Source: Phycisphaerae bacterium
GTDB lineage: Bacteria; Planctomycetota; Phycisphaerae; UBA1845
NCBI GenBank assembly: GCA_963666835.2
Contig: CAXXGO010000001.1
Coordinates: 1,920,001 to 1,984,000 of the forward strand
Direction of reading: 5' to 3'
Length of the DNA stretch: 64,000 bases
A program made the position numbers and the translations under genes. The notes under the pieces are model-generated. The model was not told the DNA's origin and did not search any database. It was given only the letters and a program-made list of their open reading frames with translations. Positions 61,725 to 64,000 of the stretch are shown in pieces; position 1 is the first letter of the stretch, and each line of letters opens with the position of its first letter.

Positions 61725-62336
61725 CTACTCGTTGGCGCGGGTGACCACGAACTCGCCGTAGTCGTCTCCGCACTCGATTGCCTTCGTTTGAGTGCACTGG
61801 AAGGTGCGCAGGCCGGTCTTGCCGGTTGGGTCGTACTCGCCGCCGTATGCCAGATCCATAAAGGCTGCACACACGCCGCGAATCATATACGCGCTCGGTT
61901 TCGTCGAACGCCCATAGGAAACTACGTCTGATTCGTAGTAGTCGTAGGCTCGAACCACCATCCGCTCGTTCGGGATGAGTTCGACGATCTCGCTCTTGGC
62001 CCACCCCCACGCGGTGAAGACCGCGAAGGCCCCGTGGAGGACATCCTCGGGGGCTTTTTCGATCTGCGGGGCGACCATGGCCTTCCATTCATCGGAGGTG
62101 ATGATGCCGTAGCCAGTGTGATACCCGCATTCGTGGGCCGCGTTAACGAGGAGCCACTCCGCGGCCTCGAGCGTGTCGTCGTCGACGCTGCGCGTGAGGC
62201 GCTCGGCGAAGCCGTTCCAGAACTTCCCGGGAAGCTGGGTGACGAAGACATTGAATGCCGGGACGAGCCCTTCGTCGTTTGCCACCGCCCGGACCTGTGA
62301 CATTCCATTGATTACTTGTGTTCGATTGATCGCCAT
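61725..62336 (-). CDS. V4R (4-vinyl reductase) domain protein
   Basis: WGWAKSEIV, YYES, MIRGVCAAF and CTQTKAIECGDDYGEF. AGGAGAG RBS. Confidence 0.8.
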   Translation of the reverse strand: MAINRTQVINGMSQVRAVANDEGLVPAFNVFVTQLPGKFWNGFAERLTRSVDDDTLEAAEWLLVNAAHECGYHTGYGIITSDEWKAMVAPQIEKAPEDVLHGAFAVFTAWGWAKSEIVELIPNERMVVRAYDYYESDVVSYGRSTKPSAYMIRGVCAAFMDLAYGGEYDPTGKTGLRTFQCTQTKAIECGDDYGEFVVTRANE

Positions 62337-62352
62337 AATCGAGTCTCTCCTG

Positions 62353-62889
62353 TTAGAGGGTCACTGCCCGGAACAGTGAACGTTGGTCGCCCTTTACAAT
62401 GCTCTCCGTTTCAGCAACGGTGTACGATCGCCGTGGCTTGCCGAAGATGGCTGCCAACATTCCGGCGATGTATCCCCGCGTGATGAAGTTGATGGCCTTC
62501 TTGGACTTGCCCCACTTCTTGATCCAACCTTCGTCAATGTGGGAGTGGAGCAATTCGATCTCGCCACCCTCTACGCCGACGCACTGGGTTCGCAGTTGCC
62601 CCAGGCCGGTAACGGAGTAGTACTGTTCTGCGATGGTAATACGCGTGTTGGTGTCCTGGACGTCATACTCTCGGTAATACCGAGACAGCTCATCGTAGAA
62701 GGTGTCTTCCGCGACGTCGGCGAGCAACTTCTTGCCGTCGAGCATCCCGCAGTCATCAGCAAGCTGCGAGTACAGTGTGGCATAGTGATGACAGTGGAGT
62801 ACGTAGACCTCGCCGTTGATGTAGTGGCGGCAGGCTTTCGGGTCAAACCTGTGGTCGAGCTGGATTCCAGCTTGTTCCATTACTGGCAT
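62353..62889 (-). CDS. V4R-like domain protein
   Basis: VLHCHHY, GLGQL, ITRGYIAGML and ETESIVKGDQRSLF. GGAAGGA RBS. Confidence 0.72.
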   Translation of the reverse strand: MPVMEQAGIQLDHRFDPKACRHYINGEVYVLHCHHYATLYSQLADDCGMLDGKKLLADVAEDTFYDELSRYYREYDVQDTNTRITIAEQYYSVTGLGQLRTQCVGVEGGEIELLHSHIDEGWIKKWGKSKKAINFITRGYIAGMLAAIFGKPRRSYTVAETESIVKGDQRSLFRAVTL

Positions 62890-62905
62890 TTTCGGTCCTT
62901 CCTTT

Positions 62906-63097
62906 CTAGACCATGGTGGCCTCTTTGCCGGTGAGTTCCTTGATAGCGGCCTTGAGCTTCTGGATGTTCTCGGGGGAGTCCGGAGTGTCGGCCGCCTTCG
63001 CCGACATCAGACCAGTCTTCATCGCTAACCTCGTCTTGACTGTGACGCCGCCGGCTTGTTCGGCAAACTTGTACAGTTGAACTAGTTTCTGTCCCAT
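62906..63097 (-). CDS. Small hypothetical protein (63 aa)
   Basis: MGQKLVQLYKFAEQAGG...RLAMKTG...PDSPENIQKLK. GGAG RBS and tight spacing within the operon. Confidence 0.8.
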   Translation of the reverse strand: MGQKLVQLYKFAEQAGGVTVKTRLAMKTGLMSAKAADTPDSPENIQKLKAAIKELTGKEATMV

Positions 63098-63135
63098 AAC
63101 AAAAGGTCTCCGTGTGAAAGCACGTGTTCCTAATC

Positions 63136-63441
63136 CTAAATGGCGGTACCTGTTTCGTTTATCGTACGAATCAAGTCGCCGAATTCGTTCTGAATCTCCT
63201 CCTTTCCTTGCTTGGGGAAGATCGCTTGGCAGTTGTCTTCGCCTTCGACCCCTTTGACGTGTAGTCCGCGGTGTCCGCACACGCGGAAGAACGGGCGCGG
63301 AAAATCCGCGAAGTATTCGAGGTCACCGAGAGCTTTGAGGCCCATGATGGCGTCGCGTGTCCACGGTGTGTCAAACCAGTAGCGATACACGCTGCTACCA
63401 TCGAAGCAATCCTCGACCTTCTTCACTTGGACAATGCGCAT
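63136..63441 (-). CDS. Small hypothetical protein (101 aa)
   Basis: Overlaps the end of the upstream aminotransferase. Motifs EDCFDGS, FPRPFF and VKGVEG. Confidence 0.72.
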   Translation of the reverse strand: MRIVQVKKVEDCFDGSSVYRYWFDTPWTRDAIMGLKALGDLEYFADFPRPFFRVCGHRGLHVKGVEGEDNCQAIFPKQGKEEIQNEFGDLIRTINETGTAI

Positions 63442-64000
63442 GCCGTTAACTGACTCACCGCTGCGAGTCCCTGCTCGAGGTCCTCGTCTCGGTTGAAACC
63501 TGAAACACTGAATCGGATCGTTCCCGCCGGCGCACTACCGATGGCTGCGTGGATAAGCGGGGCGCAGTGCAGGCCCGTCCGGCAGACAATGCCGAAGCTC
63601 TCCTCGAGAACGGATCCCGCTTCATCGACACTCCAACCGTCAACACAGAACGAAGTCGCGCCGATTCGACGCTCGGCGATCCGGGGGTCGAACAGATGGA
63701 CTCCAGGCAACTTCGCAAGCTCGTGGCGGAGGTGGACGGCCAGTTGGTTCTGCCTGGCTCGAAACGGCTCGCCGTGCTGTTCCAGCCAACGCAACGCCGC
63801 CGCAAGTCCGGCTAGAGCGGGGACGTTCGGAGTTCCGGCCTCGAGTCGTGTCGGCATTTCAGCAGGGTGTAAGGCTAGATCGCTACGGACTCCGGTACCG
63901 CCGACAAACTCCTGGCGAAGCGTAAGGTGTGGCGTAACATACAGGGCGCCTGTTCCGGGAGGGCCGTGCAGGCCTTTATGTCCTGTGAAAGCTACCAGGT
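63423..64000 (-). CDS. Class V aminotransferase / cysteine desulfurase family protein (5' part outside the window)
   Basis: Manual extension gives LVAFTGHKGLHGPPGTG (PLP lysine), GGTG, EAGTPN, RTGLHCAP (catalytic Cys) and GTIRFS. Confidence 0.92.
   Translation of the reverse strand, partial: LVAFTGHKGLHGPPGTGALYVTPHLTLRQEFVGGTGVRSDLALHPAEMPTRLEAGTPNVPALAGLAAALRWLEQHGEPFRARQNQLAVHLRHELAKLPGVHLFDPRIAERRIGATSFCVDGWSVDEAGSVLEESFGIVCRTGLHCAPLIHAAIGSAPAGTIRFSVSGFNRDEDLEQGLAAVSQLTACALSK

Overview
GC-rich bacterial DNA, most likely a Planctomycetota (Phycisphaerae-like) chromosome segment. That assignment is an inference from the PEP-CTERM protein, the bamD-lptE-ftsH order, CxxCGYNL zinc-ribbon membrane proteins and a giant DCNxNGxPDxC repeat protein. 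It holds about 54 genes. Housekeeping genes include clpB (partial), ftcd, gcvT/gcvH, ndk, Bacillus-type sdhCAB, purD, ftsH, lptE, bamD and mqnD. Accessory genes include three secreted multi-domain PPIases, a PEP-CTERM/EPS-associated trio, an orphan cheB with PilZ proteins, and several REP/MITE-like palindrome families. The best observation is a hidden selenoprotein candidate. An in-frame TGA at 41944-41946 sits at the Cys position of an Omp28/thioredoxin-like 'EEFTATT-U-GYC' motif and is followed by a SECIS-like hairpin. Readthrough joins a signal-peptide ORF to a 1258-aa ORF, giving a 1318-aa secreted multi-domain protein. Other leads are an uncharacterised operon (cysteine desulfurase-like enzyme, two small proteins, two V4R-like proteins), an archaeal AdkA-like/NDT-like fusion, and three adjacent genes with altered signature residues (K+ channel filter GVGYG, degenerate 3-hydroxyacyl-CoA dehydrogenase, NikR lacking Ni ligands). 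No rRNA, tRNA, CRISPR array or transposase was seen. All calls come from reading motifs by eye; no database searches were run.
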